A stretch of DNA of 64,000 bases from Raja brachyura (taxonomy: Eukaryota): NCBI GenBank assembly GCA_963514005.1, contig OY740810.1:5270001-5334000 (forward strand). The letters run 5' to 3'. How positions within the stretch are numbered: the stretch's first letter is position 1; each line of letters starts with the position of its first letter. Shown here one piece after another: positions 1 to 39,899 of the stretch. The notes under the pieces are model-generated. The model had not been told where the DNA came from and did no database searches. It saw only the letters and a program-made list of their open reading frames with translations. The position numbers and the translations under genes are program-made.

Positions 1-1164
1 GATGGAGCGATACAACTAGAATCTGTATACAGTACCCTCGGACTCCCTTCAAAGCACCTTCAAGCAATGAGTGAAATTTCCAAAAGCCCATGTAGTTTTC
101 CATTGAAGCTTTTCCAAACGGCCATGAGATCTAAAACAATAACAATGACTTTCTGTCGCAAAATAAGGGCCTTCTAAGAATTTCAATTCTTTTTCAAGAG
201 ACTAGTGAATCTATGTTTAGTTCTGGTAGATCTGAATGCTGAAGTGCCTTAGTTACTGTGCTTTACACAAGGATTCATAACCCTCTGTGGGAAGATAGTT
301 GTCGGAGACTATTGTTCATTGTTCCAAGGTTCTCCTGTCAACCAAAATTACCTCTTAGCTCATCTACCATTGTTACCATCTTGAAGAGTGTAATATTTTG
401 ATGTTATCTCTTTATTAAACTTAAGAACATTGGAGCACCCCTTAAATTGCAGTGGTTTCCTCAGTTTTAGTAATACCAGATAATTAGACAGTACACTGAG
501 CAATGACACAAAAAGGTTGCATTAATAATGTTCTAAATGTTTAAAATTAAGATTAGAATGTTATTAATTCTGCCATGTTTGCTTAAGAGACAATGTTGAC
601 ATTTTGCTAGAGTGGTTGATGTAGAAAGGTTATTTTATCAGTGTTTTGAATCTTTGAAAAGGGAATGCGAGACATGTGAGCATTTAGAATATTGACTTGA
701 TTGGTTTAATGCTCATTCCATAAATTTGAAAATCATTGTGGTGCATGGTTAAATGTAAAAGTGTGAGTTGATATATTTTGATGTGAAGAATGGGAAACTG
801 GTTCATACTTGGTACAATTTTTAAATAAGTCTAAGAAGAAATAGACGATTTATGCTTCAATTTATAAGCTAGGCAGTTATGGTTTGGGTCTTAGTTAATT
901 GGAAATATATGGAGAGTTTGTATTGCATATTTGCCAGCAAATCAGCTATATATTAATAAAATGGAGAAATGGTTGCTTCCTTATGGAAAGAAGATATTTA
1001 AGAGATCAGACAGGCATTTAAATTATTAATTTCAATGTAAACAACTTTCCTTTCATGAAATTTCCAGGACACAGCTAATGTGTCACTAAAATTGATGTAG
1101 AACTTGTCGGCTTTATGCAATCATTTTTGCTTGACTTAAAACAAATGTCTATTTCTATACAGAA

Positions 1165-1257
1165 ATGGCAATCAGGTATCCTATGGCAGTTGGCCTGCAC
1201 AAAGGCCACCCTATGACCAAGAATGAGAGCACCCCAAGGCAGAGTCGCAGACGCGGG
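1165..1257 (+). CDS. RPL36: RPL36 first coding exon (acceptor AG 1161-1162, ATG 1165)
   Basis: [10 protein letters not shown]...SRRRG followed by GTGAGT donor. Confidence 0.97.
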
Positions 1258-3659
1258 GTGAGTAACCACTTGTTACAGTAGCTGCATGTTTTATTTTGAT
1301 GCCCAATGTTTCACTTGACGGATGTGTTGAGAACTGCACAGTGGCACAATGGTAGAGCTGCTGCCATACAACAAAATATACCCGGGTTCGATGCCGATGG
1401 TGGGTGCTGTCTGTACGGAGTTTGAACGTTCTCCCTGTGGCCGCATGGGTTTTCTCCGGTTCCCTCCCACATTCCACAGGTTTGTAGGTTAATTGGCTTC
1501 TGTAAATTGTCCCTAGTGTGTAGGAGAGAACCATGTCGGTGTTTGTTGGTCGCCGTGGTTTCGGCGGGCCAAAGGGTCTCTTTCATAGAAAATAGGTGCA
1601 GGAGGAGGCCGTTCATTGTGATCATGGCTGATCGTCCACTATCAATAACCCGTGCCTGCCTTCTCCCCATATCCCTTGATTCTACTACTAACTCTCTCTC
1701 AAATCCATCCAGTGATATGGCCTCCACTGCCCTCTGTGGCAGGGAATTCCATAAATTCACAACTCTGGGTGAAAAAGTTTTTTCTCACCTCAGTCTTAAA
1801 TGACCTCCCCTTTATTCGAAGACTGTTGCCCCTGGTTCTGGACTCACCCAATATTGGGAACATTTTTCCTGCATCTAGCTTGTCCAGTCCTTTTATAATT
1901 TTATATGTTTCCATGCTGTGTCTCTAAACGACAGACTAGTCTTATAATAAGGGCCCTCTAAGAACTACATTTGTTTTTTAAGCGGCAAGTGAATCTATGT
2001 ACAGGACAGTGGTTCATGGATCTTCAGTTTACTCTGATATTTAATTAATTCATGGCTGAAGTGAATTTTTTGGATTTGATATCCATTCTTCCGCCAAATC
2101 TCTAGTGATTAATTCCGTTGTTCTCCACAACTGCGCTAAGACCAAGGAAGACCATGCCTTATCTTGCTGTTACTCTCCACTTAGCCTCCTCGCCAAAGCC
2201 TCACCACTTGCCTTCACATACGACACGCGTTTCAACACAAGCTCTCCCAAAATGACCGCTCCACTCGTACCTCTGCATTTACACCATTCGACACAGTCAA
2301 TAGGTTTTAGAAACCCAAATATAATACATTCAATGGTTTCCCCTTTATCTACCCTGTTAGATACTCTCCGTAAATTAAATATTTAGTGGTGCAAAAAACA
2401 AACTGCTGGAGGAACTCAGTGGGTCCGGCAGCATCTGTGGAGGAAATTAGACTGACTTTGTTTTGGGTTGGGACCCTTCTGCCTGACCTGCTGAGTTCCT
2501 CCAGCAGTTTGCTGTTTGATTATGATTCTAGCATCTGCAGTGTTTTGTCTTTTTAAATGCGGCTTTCCTTTTCATATAACCCAAGATAAAATCATGTTAA
2601 AAAATCTACACAGTCTACCTGGTGAGTTGGCAGGAATATCTCTACTAAAGACACTGATAACTCGTGTCGCAAACATTGAATGTGTTCCGTTAATTGTCTT
2701 TTTCAGCGGCTGACCAAGCACACCAAGTTTGTCCGAGATCTGATCCGCGAAGTCTGCGGTTTTGCTCCTTACGAGAAACGTGCAATGGAATTGCTGAAGG
2801 TCTCTAAAGATAAGCGTGCACTCAAATTTATTAAAAAGAGGGTAAGTAACAACATGCTAAATATTTGATTTTCCGACCTTATGCATAATCTTAAATCTTT
2901 CATCCGGTCCTGTTACATATATAACTCTTATCTGAATATTCCCTTAACCTGTTTGAATTTCAGTTAAATCATTCGTCAACAGCTTGCATTTACTATTAAA
3001 CCTACTAATACTGAAATAAGAAAATATTAAATATACTTTAGTGTCTTTCTATTGCTGACATTTAACAATCTGACGAAAGGCACGGTAGCATTAGGAGAAA
3101 GTTTGGTGTTTGTTTTATGCTGCATTATTCATAAATTCACAAAATAGGAAATGTCCCACAGATAGCAACTCGAGTGAATTGTGGCTGTGAATTACATGTA
3201 TGTTGCATGCTAGGTACGTGTGTGAAATTGGGATCATTTGTGAGGGGTGTTGTTCGGAACTGTTCTTTAACTTACCCTAAGAGAACTGCACAGGTCGAGT
3301 TGTCTATGGACAAAGTAGGCTTACAAGATGCAGCATTGTTTGTGGGTAAATGTAATGCTGTCAGTACTCAAAACATCAAATAAATTACAGATGCTGGAAA
3401 TCTGAAATAAAAGCAGAAAATGTTCAGCAGGCTGGGTAGCAACTAGAGAGCATTGACCATAATAAGTGGTCATGTTAACTTAAATTGTGTGTTGGAGGAT
3501 CTGGCAGGATGCAGCTTTTGTTCATGTCTGCAGTGTAAACATTCATTTAAATGTGTTAATTCCTTTTAGGTTGGAACCCATATTCGGGCCAAGAGGAAGA
3601 GGGAAGAACTCAGCAATGTATTGGCAGCAATGAGAAAGGCAGCAGCAAAGAAAGATTAA
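1165..3659 (+). CDS. RPL36: 60S ribosomal protein L36, join(1165..1257,2707..2841,3570..3659), 105 aa
   Basis: Spliced translation [105 protein letters not shown], near-identical to vertebrate eL36; GT-AG introns, all phase 0. Confidence 0.98.
1338..1927 (+). mobile_element. tRNA-derived V-SINE (HE1-like) interrupted by a CR1 3' fragment (~1586-1909, minus)
   Basis: A/B-box-like head GTGGCACAATGGTAGAG...GGGTTCGATGCC, body GGAGTTTGAACGTTCTCCCTGTG; insert encodes the CR1 C-terminus ESRTRGNSL...NLWNSLP. Confidence 0.85.
2707..2841 (+). CDS. RPL36: RPL36 second coding exon
   Basis: tttcag|[23 protein letters not shown]...FIKKR|gtaagt. Confidence 0.98.
3570..3659 (+). CDS. RPL36: RPL36 last coding exon
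   Basis: ttttag|[32 protein letters not shown]. Confidence 0.98.
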   Translation, partial: VGTHIRAKRKREELSNVLAAMRKAAAKKD

Positions 3660-3678
3660 TCTGTATCAAGTTGTTATC

Positions 3679-3684
3679 AATAAA
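3679..3684 (+). terminator. RPL36 polyadenylation signal AATAAA
   Basis: AATAAA 19 nt after the stop codon; short 3' UTR typical of ribosomal protein genes. Confidence 0.85.
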
Positions 3685-5139
3685 ATCCACTTTTAAAGTT
3701 AACTTGTGAATAACCGGCTTTAAATTTACAGTTGGACCATTTTTTCATGAAATAATTTCTTGTATTTTATGTAGCCTTTTCATATTCAGTATTACCTTTT
3801 ACGAGTTAATTTGGCCAGCTCACCATGTACTCCACCCTAACTAATTTTCCTTGTTACCGATTTTCCTTACATTTCCATAAATTCTAGAACTGTCTAGCTT
3901 TGGGGCATTTATCAGCAAGACTCAAGGTTACAATGTGCCAAGATAGAAATAAGGAAAGCACAAATGCATTGCTGGATAAATAATACAGAAGGTGGGGGGG
4001 TGGTTATTCCTAGGACATTTGGATTAACTGGAGGAGGTGGGACCCATAAATACCAGCCCTTGTATGTTAGTGCGGGGACTAGTGTCTTTGAGGGATGTTT
4101 TGCTAGAAATGGGGCACTGATACAGTTAATGGAATTGGTTAGGAGATAAAAATAAACAAGTCTAGCCAAGAAATCTTAATAGTATGGGGTAGGTTCAGAT
4201 AAATTTAGTGTAAACACTACAATCATTAAAACAAGGTTTTGCGTGCTGCAAATTACATTCAGATAATAACAGACCAATTTTTAAAAATTGCACTGGCTAC
4301 AAGATGTTCAAAAAATAATGGAAGAATATGCTGTTGAGAATATAGTATCAAGGACACAATCTGTTCAGTACTGGAACTATTCTGTTTGCTAACTTGGGAA
4401 AAAGACAATGATCAGATTTGAGATGCCCAAATGCCACAGTGATGGTGGGTCGGATTCCAACTATGCAAATCAGACAATAGAATAGAAGTGAGAATTTAGT
4501 TTTTTTTTAGTATGTTAAAAACACAATGGGATAGGTGGCATTGCTGGAGATAGTTTTAGAAAATGTGCTAAGCCAAGTGGAACAAGAATCAATGGGAGAA
4601 GAACTAAGTGGACATTTGGAACAGTTACGAAAAATACAGTGCAACATTTCAAGTCGTAAGGTCATAAGTGATAGGAGCAGAATTAGGCCATTCCACCCAT
4701 CAAGTCTACTCCACCATTCAATCATGGCTGATCGAGCTCTCCCTCTAGATTCCTCCTAACCCCATTCTGCTGCCTTCTCCCCATGACCCTTGATATACAT
4801 GGCCAATGAGAGAATGGCTAATTTTGTTATTGGGTTAAAATACTTGTGGGCTTGGGGAAACTAAAATCAAAGCTTTGGTTGATCAAAAGAACTGTATGCA
4901 ATTGAAGCTCGAGCTCTTGTATGTCCACATTAAAGCACAGCAGGAAATGGTCAGATTATTAATGAGACTGATTACAGAAATATATCAGTGAGGAAGGAAT
5001 TAGGAGACAGGTAACAAGTGTAAGGGAATTTTTTTAAATCATTTAGACACGTGAACTTGGGTTGTACTGAGCCCCCCTCTTCTTCCTCTTCACCTGTGAG
5101 TGCACACCTGAACATGGTTCTAACACCATCATCAAGTAA

Positions 5140-6020
5140 GCAGATGATACAAGTGATTGGCCTAATCAGCGACAACGATGAGTCGGCCTATAGGGAGGAG
5201 GTTCAGCTCCTAGCAGCATGGTGCGCAGACAACAACCTGGCCCTTAACTCCAAGAAGACCAAGGAGCTCATTGTGAACTATAGAAGGTCTAGGGGCTGCA
5301 CGCACACCCCCATCCATATGAATGGGATGGAGGTGGAACGCGTTTCCAGCTTCAGGTTTCTGGGGGTCAACATCTCTGATGACCTCTCTTGGACCCACAA
5401 TACCTCTACACTGGTCAAGAAGGCTCACCAGCGTCTCTTCTTCCCGAGGAGACTAAAGAAGGTCCATCTGCTCCCCAGATTCTGGTGAACATCTGCCGCT
5501 GCACCATCGAGAGCATCCTTACCAATTGTATCACAGTATGGTATGGCAACTGCTCTGTCTCTGACCGGAAAGCACTGCAGAGGGTGGTGAAAACTGCCCA
5601 ACGAATCACCGGTTCCTCACTCCCCTCCATTGAGTCTGTCCATAGCAAGCGATGCCTGCGAAGGACGCGCAGCATCGTCAAGGACTGGTCTCACCCCAGC
5701 CACAGACCGTTTACCCTCCTCCCGTCCGGGAGGCGCTACAGGTCCCTCCATTTCCGGACCAGCAGGTTCAGGAACAGCTTCTTCCCTTCAGCTGTTACAA
5801 TACTTAACTCTGCACCTTGGTGGTTGCCAGTCACCCCCCCCCCCCCCCCGGACACTCCTTCCCCCAGTATAATTGCACTACTGATACTGTTTGTACACAT
5901 ATATATATTTTTTACCGTTCATTATTCTAAGTTCGCTTTTCTGGGGAGATGCTAACTGCATTTCGTTGTCTCTGTACTGTACACTGCACAATGACAATTA
6001 AAGATTGAATTGAATTTGAA
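5140..6020 (+). mobile_element. Rex1/Babar-type LINE, 5'-truncated 3' end
   Basis: VIGLISDNDESAYREEV...LNSKKTKELIV...FLGV...TSRFRNSFFP; frameshifted; tail ATGACAATTAAAG plus TTGAA repeats. Confidence 0.85.
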
Positions 6021-7931
6021 AGATATCGGGGCAACCAGAAACATAGCAGGAGACCATTGAGTTCTTTGTGTCCACTTTTTTCATGCATCAAGATCAAAGC
6101 TGACATTTCTCATAGCTCTCAGTTCACCTAATACCTAGACCAAAACAAATAGATAACATAAGGTGAGGTAATGCTGAGGTCTGTGGTTGAGATTCTGAAT
6201 GGGCTAAAAATTAAGAGGCGGTAGTGAATAAGGCTAATTGTACTTGGCGGGGTTTGATGTCTATGAGGTTTTTAACAGTGGGGGAAAATTGCAGAGGCCC
6301 TGGCTATAACCCTTTAAACACAAGGCATAATGGCACTGAAGTTCAGAACATTGGAAATGTTACACCCTAGTTCAAAGGTGCAGGGTTAGACCAAATAACT
6401 CACTGCTCAGGTTAAACAGGTTAGTTACATCCCGAAACAACCAGGGAAAGAATTAGCAGCCAATAGTCCTGCATGAATTAGAAAATACCAGCACTGATGT
6501 GGTTGAGAAATTTGACAAGGAAAATGCAGTTAGTGATACAAATAGAATTCTAAAAAAGTAATAGACACAAAGCTGCAAACTAATTTGAAACATATTTAAT
6601 ATGTGTAAACAAAGAAACTAAATGACTGACAAGAGGATACAGAATAGGCTGATCAAGACATTAAAAAAAGAGAATGGGTCTGGCATGCACTTAGTGAGTA
6701 GTGGAAGCACATATTCATTTATAACATTCATATATAATATTCAGTGAGATGGAGACTATGTGGAAGGAAAGTGCAGATTTTAGGGAGAGGAATTATTTGG
6801 ATTGCTCTTTAGAACTATACTACAGATGATATGGTGAAAAAGCCTCCTTCCACCCTGTAACCTCAGATAGCAGTTTAAAATCAAATAGATGCAAATCTCC
6901 CCTTCCCTAGGCCTTCACCCTGTGGCTTCCAAGACTGAAAAATGCCTTACAGAAGTGGCTAAGCTCTAGCATTGGCTTAATCTCAGTGTTTACAATGAGA
7001 TTCAGCAGCAAAACTCATCGATTTTCAATTGACAACTCCATAAATCTTTAATTTCACATACCTGGAAATACAAAGTTAACACTTAAGTATAATGACCAGT
7101 AATATACTGAAAATTGACCACTAAGACCACAATGTTTGTGGTTTAAAATGATGCACCAAATTCCCCAGCAAAGTATTGTAACAGTAGTAGAGGTGTATTA
7201 TCTTAAAGCTGCCATTATTTACTACTTGATAATCATTTTTCCTCGTGTGATTGGAAGTCATATTTATCCAGAATACCGACACAAGTTGGCTTTTTTGGAA
7301 AATGAAATAGTTGAACTTACAAATACAATTATGGGAGTTGGAGGGAGTGGTCGATAAATCAATCCAATTTGCATTCTTCTGAACGATGAAGGTAATTTAA
7401 AGTTAGACAACCATATCTTTAAATTGGAGGCTAAGTAAATTAATGAATGTAAAAACAAGTTAAAGTTACGGAAACAAAATGCACACAGATTCTAATGTGC
7501 CTTATACTCAGACATAGAAAGATGTCTATAAGGTCAATCTGAGTCAATTGTATAGATCAAGCAACATTTCAGAACACCAAATTGATAGCATCTGTCTAAG
7601 TAAAATATAAAAAAGTGTAAACCATTCAGAATATTTATATCTGGAATGGATTACATGCCAGACACTTTGACTTCAAGGACTAGTGAATATTAAAAACAAT
7701 TTGACTAGGATATCACATACATGATAGTGCTTTACATGAGGCAGCACTATCGCAGCTCTTTGCAGATGGGGATCCTTGTTGAAATGTTCTCAACCATCCA
7801 GTGATACCAAGATACAAACTTAGCAATAATGTGAATCCTACCTCATAAATGTGGCTATTGCAGTTTGTAACCCACTGATGCCAATTGCCCCAAATTCATT
7901 ATTTCAAAATTAAGGAATAATTCTGTAAAAG

Positions 7932-7937
7932 TTTATT
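7932..7937 (-). terminator. Probable LONP1 polyadenylation signal
   Basis: TTTATT on + (AATAAA on -) about 230 nt past the stop codon. Confidence 0.55.
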
Positions 7938-8165
7938 AAATCAAATCTCTTAATAAAATTAATGACATTACAATGCCAAGATTGGTTACAATACTTTAAG
8001 TAAAATAACTACATATATCTTCATGCCCAATTTGTTTTGCCGTCTTAAGTTCTCCATCAGTGTAATGGGACCAGCACACAACATCTGACTGTATTCCTAC
8101 AAATAAGGGCAATTCACAGAAATGGCTTGCAGTCAGTTCAATCAACTGTTCAATGGTCAGTAATC

Positions 8166-36388
<28,223 letters not shown>

Positions 36389-36396
<8 letters not shown>

Positions 36397-36480
36397 CTTG
36401 GAAGCCCATTCAACCCCCCACAATGCGTTGCGGCAACTGAACCAGCGGCACTTCCGGCGAGCGCCACTAACCAATCAGGG
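36389..36480 (-). promoter_or_regulatory. LONP1 CpG-rich promoter: YY1-type AAGATGGCGGC over the ATG, ETS/GABPA CCGGAAGTG (36449-36457), CCAAT box (36471-36475)
   Basis: Motifs read directly; CpG-rich exon 1; motif set typical of nuclear-encoded mitochondrial housekeeping genes. Confidence 0.7.
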
Positions 36481-38065
36481 TTGACCAGTGTCATCTTCTT
36501 GAATGAATTCTCAATGAATGAATGGATACTGGTCTGGTGAGAAGGATGGGTGAGGGTTTCTGGCACATCATTTTATAAATAGGACTACAAATACTGGAAA
36601 ATACAGACATATTCGCCAGAAGATGGACACAAAATGCTGGAGTAATAAGAGGGACAGGCAGCATCTCTGGAGAAGGAATGGGTGACGTTTCGGGTCAAGA
36701 CCCTTCTTCAGACTCTTGAATGGACCTCTCATATGCTAAGGATGAATTCCTTGTCTTCCAATTTACATTGCTCTTGCACCTTTAAAAAGAAATCTGCACT
36801 TTCTCTGTAGTTGTAACCAATTTCCCTCCCGGGATATATAAAGTTCAGTCGTATTGTAACACTATATTCAGAAGAAGTGTCTCGACCCGAAACATCGCCC
36901 ATTCCTTCTCCAGAGATACTGCCTGTGCCGCTGAGTTATAACTGCATTTTTGTGTCTATGGTGTAAACCAGCATCTGCTGTTCCTTCCTAGACATGTTCT
37001 GCAGATCAGGTAGTATCTTGGGAGAATGAGAGGTTCCAGGTTTACTATTTTCCAGGTTTAAAAAGCTGGAGTAACTCAGCGGGACAGGCAGCATCTCTGG
37101 AAGGAATGGATGACGTTTTGGGTCGTGACCCTTCTTCAGACTTCTCCAGGTTTATAATTGTCACAAACACAAAGATACTGTGAAAAACTTTGTTTTGCGT
37201 ATTATACATTCAAGTCATACCATGTGTGAGCAGAGGAGGGAAGTTTTCATGAAATAATTCCAGAGTTATGGTCCATGGTAACTGGAGGGTACAAGGAGAA
37301 ACTATGTTATATTTCAAAAAAGACATGCTGTATTGGAAAATATGTCATAGGTAGAACTTAATTGGCCCCAGCAGGTAGATTTTGTCCATTGGTTCTCAGA
37401 GTACATTAATTGTGAATGCAGTATTGATAAATTTTGAAGACCAGGGTGAGCCGACAGTGTTCACAGCTGACCGTTAAGACCTAGCCAGGATTTTATCACA
37501 CCTTTGTATAGCAGTGCTCTGCTCAAGACCGCAAGAAATTGCAGTGGGTTGTGAACACCATTGGAAAGCAGCCAATATAATCAAGGACTGCTCACATCCT
37601 GTCATTCTCTCCTTTCTCTCATCAGGCAGCAACTTGAAATCAGGTACCACCAGGTTCAAGAACACTATATTTCCTGCTGTCATTAGACTCTTGAACAGAC
37701 GTCCCAGATACTAAGGATGGTTTCCTGATCTCCCAAACCACCTTGTTCTGCCCTTGTATCATTTTTTTTAAAATGTGCACTTTCTCTGTAGTTGTAACTC
37801 TATATTCAGGTCTTTGTTTTTTTTTGTACTTCCTGATTTTTTCTGATGAGGAATGATTTGCTTGAATAGCGCGCAAAATAGTTTTTCCAAGTATCTCACA
37901 TGAGAATAATAAACCAATAAATCCTTGCACCGCTCTCTTTCTCTTTTATGCAGAGCCTTGAGATTTAGGATGATTTGCTTCTGTATTTGTGAGTTCTGAG
38001 ATGATCATCTCTTTCAACAGAACCCTTTCCCCTATTGCTCCATCTCCTTCCCCATCTCATGTTGT

Positions 38066-38537
38066 CATAGAAACATAGAAATTAGGTGCAGGAGTAGGCC
38101 ATTCGGCACTTCGAGCCTGCACCGCCATTCAATATGATCATGGCTGATCATCCAACTCAGTATCCTGTACCTGCATTCTCTCCATACCCCCTGATCCCAT
38201 TAGCCACAAGGGCCACATCTAACTCCCTCTTAAATATAGCCAATGAACTGGCCTCAACTACCCTCTGTGGCAGAGAGTTCCAGAGACTCACCACTCTCTG
38301 TGTGAAAAAAGTCTTTCTCATCTCGGTCTTAAAGGATTTCCCCCTTATCCTTAAGTTGTGACCCCTTGTCCTGGACTTCCCCAACATCGGGAACAATCTT
38401 CCTGCATCTAGCCTGTCCAACCCCTTAAGAATTTTGTAAGTTTCTATAAGATCCCCTCTCAATCTTCTAAATTCTAGAGTGTATAAAACGTGTCTATCCA
38501 GTCTTTCTTCATAAGACAGTCCTGACATCCCAGGAAC
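38066..38537 (-). mobile_element. CR1 LINE 3' fragment (young, near-identical to the 18511 copy)
   Basis: PGMSGLSYEERLD...TRGHNLRIRG...[12 protein letters not shown]. Confidence 0.92.
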
Positions 38538-38574
38538 CATCCGACTTCCTACACTCGTCCGACTTCCTACACAT

Positions 38575-39582
38575 ATTCCCTTCCTCAAACTCTCCCCTTC
38601 TCCTCCGCCATCCTGTTACTACTTACTTGTTCCACTTATTCAATTCCATCCTAAACTTTCTTCTTCCCACTTCCTCCATCCTTTCAGTCTCCATTCCCAC
38701 TGCTCCATTCCCTCCTCTCCTATCCTTTATCCCCACTCCCTTCTTCTCACTCCACCTCCACTGTCTACTCTCACTCCATTGCTCTTCTCCTCCGCCCACA
38801 CTGTGCCCCCATTTCTCCCTCCATTCACCTCTAGCTGCCTTCCACACTTCTTCATCTCCATCTTCCATCCCTTCCTCTCAGTCGACCTCAGTAAAACTAC
38901 TCACCTCCTCTGTCCATCCCAACCCTCCCTCTACCCCAAACCTCACTCCACCCCAGTTGTGCCCCATCCTCTTCCCCAACCACTATCTACACTTTCTCTA
39001 CCACCACCTCAGCCCTCTCTCCATCACCCCCACCCTCTATCCATCACCCCTACCCTCCCTCCAACCCTAACACCCTCCGACTTCAGCCCCGTCCCTACCC
39101 TCCCTCTGACCTCACCCTCCCTCATCTCACTCCTTACCCTTCATTTGACCTCACCGCTTAACCATATCCTCCCTCTAATCTCACTCCCAAACCCTACCCT
39201 CCCTCTTACCTCACCCTTAACACTCTTCTCCCTCTAACCTCACTCCCTACTCTCCCTCTAACCTCACTCACTATCCACACTTTCCCTTTAACCTCATCCC
39301 TTATCTTCCTTCTAACCTCCTCCCTAACCCTACCCTCCCTATAAGATCACTCCATACCCCTACTCTCCCTCTGTCCTCACCCCTTAACTCCTATCTTCCC
39401 TCTAACCTCACTCCCTAACCCTATCCTCCCTCCTCCCTCCGACCCCCCCCCCCCCCTTCTAATCTCACCCCCTAGTCTCCCTCTACCCTGCATGTATAGA
39501 GGGTACCCTACCTGCATCACTACCCTGCATATCTCCCTCTACCCTCCACCCCTCACACCCTCCACCCCTCTCCCTCACTCTC
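38575..39582. repeat. ~1 kb C/T-rich low-complexity tract with CCCTCTAACCTCACT/CCCTAA-like units
   Basis: Almost no G on the + strand; recurrent units visible at 39100-39480. Confidence 0.9.
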
Positions 39583-39813
39583 CGTCACGCGGGCGCCCCG
39601 TTTGCGCGCCAAGCCGCCAGTGGGGATTTGACGGTTGGGAGCAGCGGGCGACCAACAACACTCTCTAATTTGGATGAGTGAAGTAATCGCGACGGTTTCT
39701 CAATCCCCGTGGCGGTTACTCTTGTAAACGGGCCAGCGTGTGCGGTTCACGCAAGTAACGGGAGGCGCAGGGTGTCCGATCAATAGTTCGAAAACTCTTT
39801 TTGAGACACGAGT
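39580..39813 (+). promoter_or_regulatory. CpG-rich putative CATSPERD promoter/5' UTR
   Basis: Isolated CpG patch immediately upstream of ATG 39814; CRE half-sites (CGTCA 39583, TGACG 39629) and MYB-like sites (GACGGTT 39630 and 39691, TAACGG 39756). Confidence 0.6.
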
Positions 39814-39899
39814 ATGACCTTAATAACACTTATAATTTTAGCTCAGATGCTCCATTTCCTTCCCGGAAACCGCATTTCCATCCCAGACCATGCGTGTAG
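39814..39899 (+). CDS. CATSPERD: CATSPERD exon 1 (signal peptide)
   Basis: agtATG; [28 protein letters not shown] + AG|gtaggg (phase 2, Cys just before the junction); directly follows a CpG patch. Confidence 0.72.

Noticed and set aside
36397-36474. 26-aa N-terminal extension of LONP1 in the ORF track (MVSGARRK...)
   Set aside because: Starts at a non-ATG codon inside the promoter motifs; ATG 36396 has a strong Kozak context and gives an MAA start
36514-36536. Alternative CATSPERD exon 1 candidate MNEWILV with a phase-2 GTGAGA donor
   Set aside because: Too short for a signal peptide; 39814-39899 fits better (hydrophobic leader, CpG patch, Cys before the junction)
38623-39237. Pro/Ser/Leu-rich ORFs
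   Set aside because: Translation of a low-complexity C/T tract
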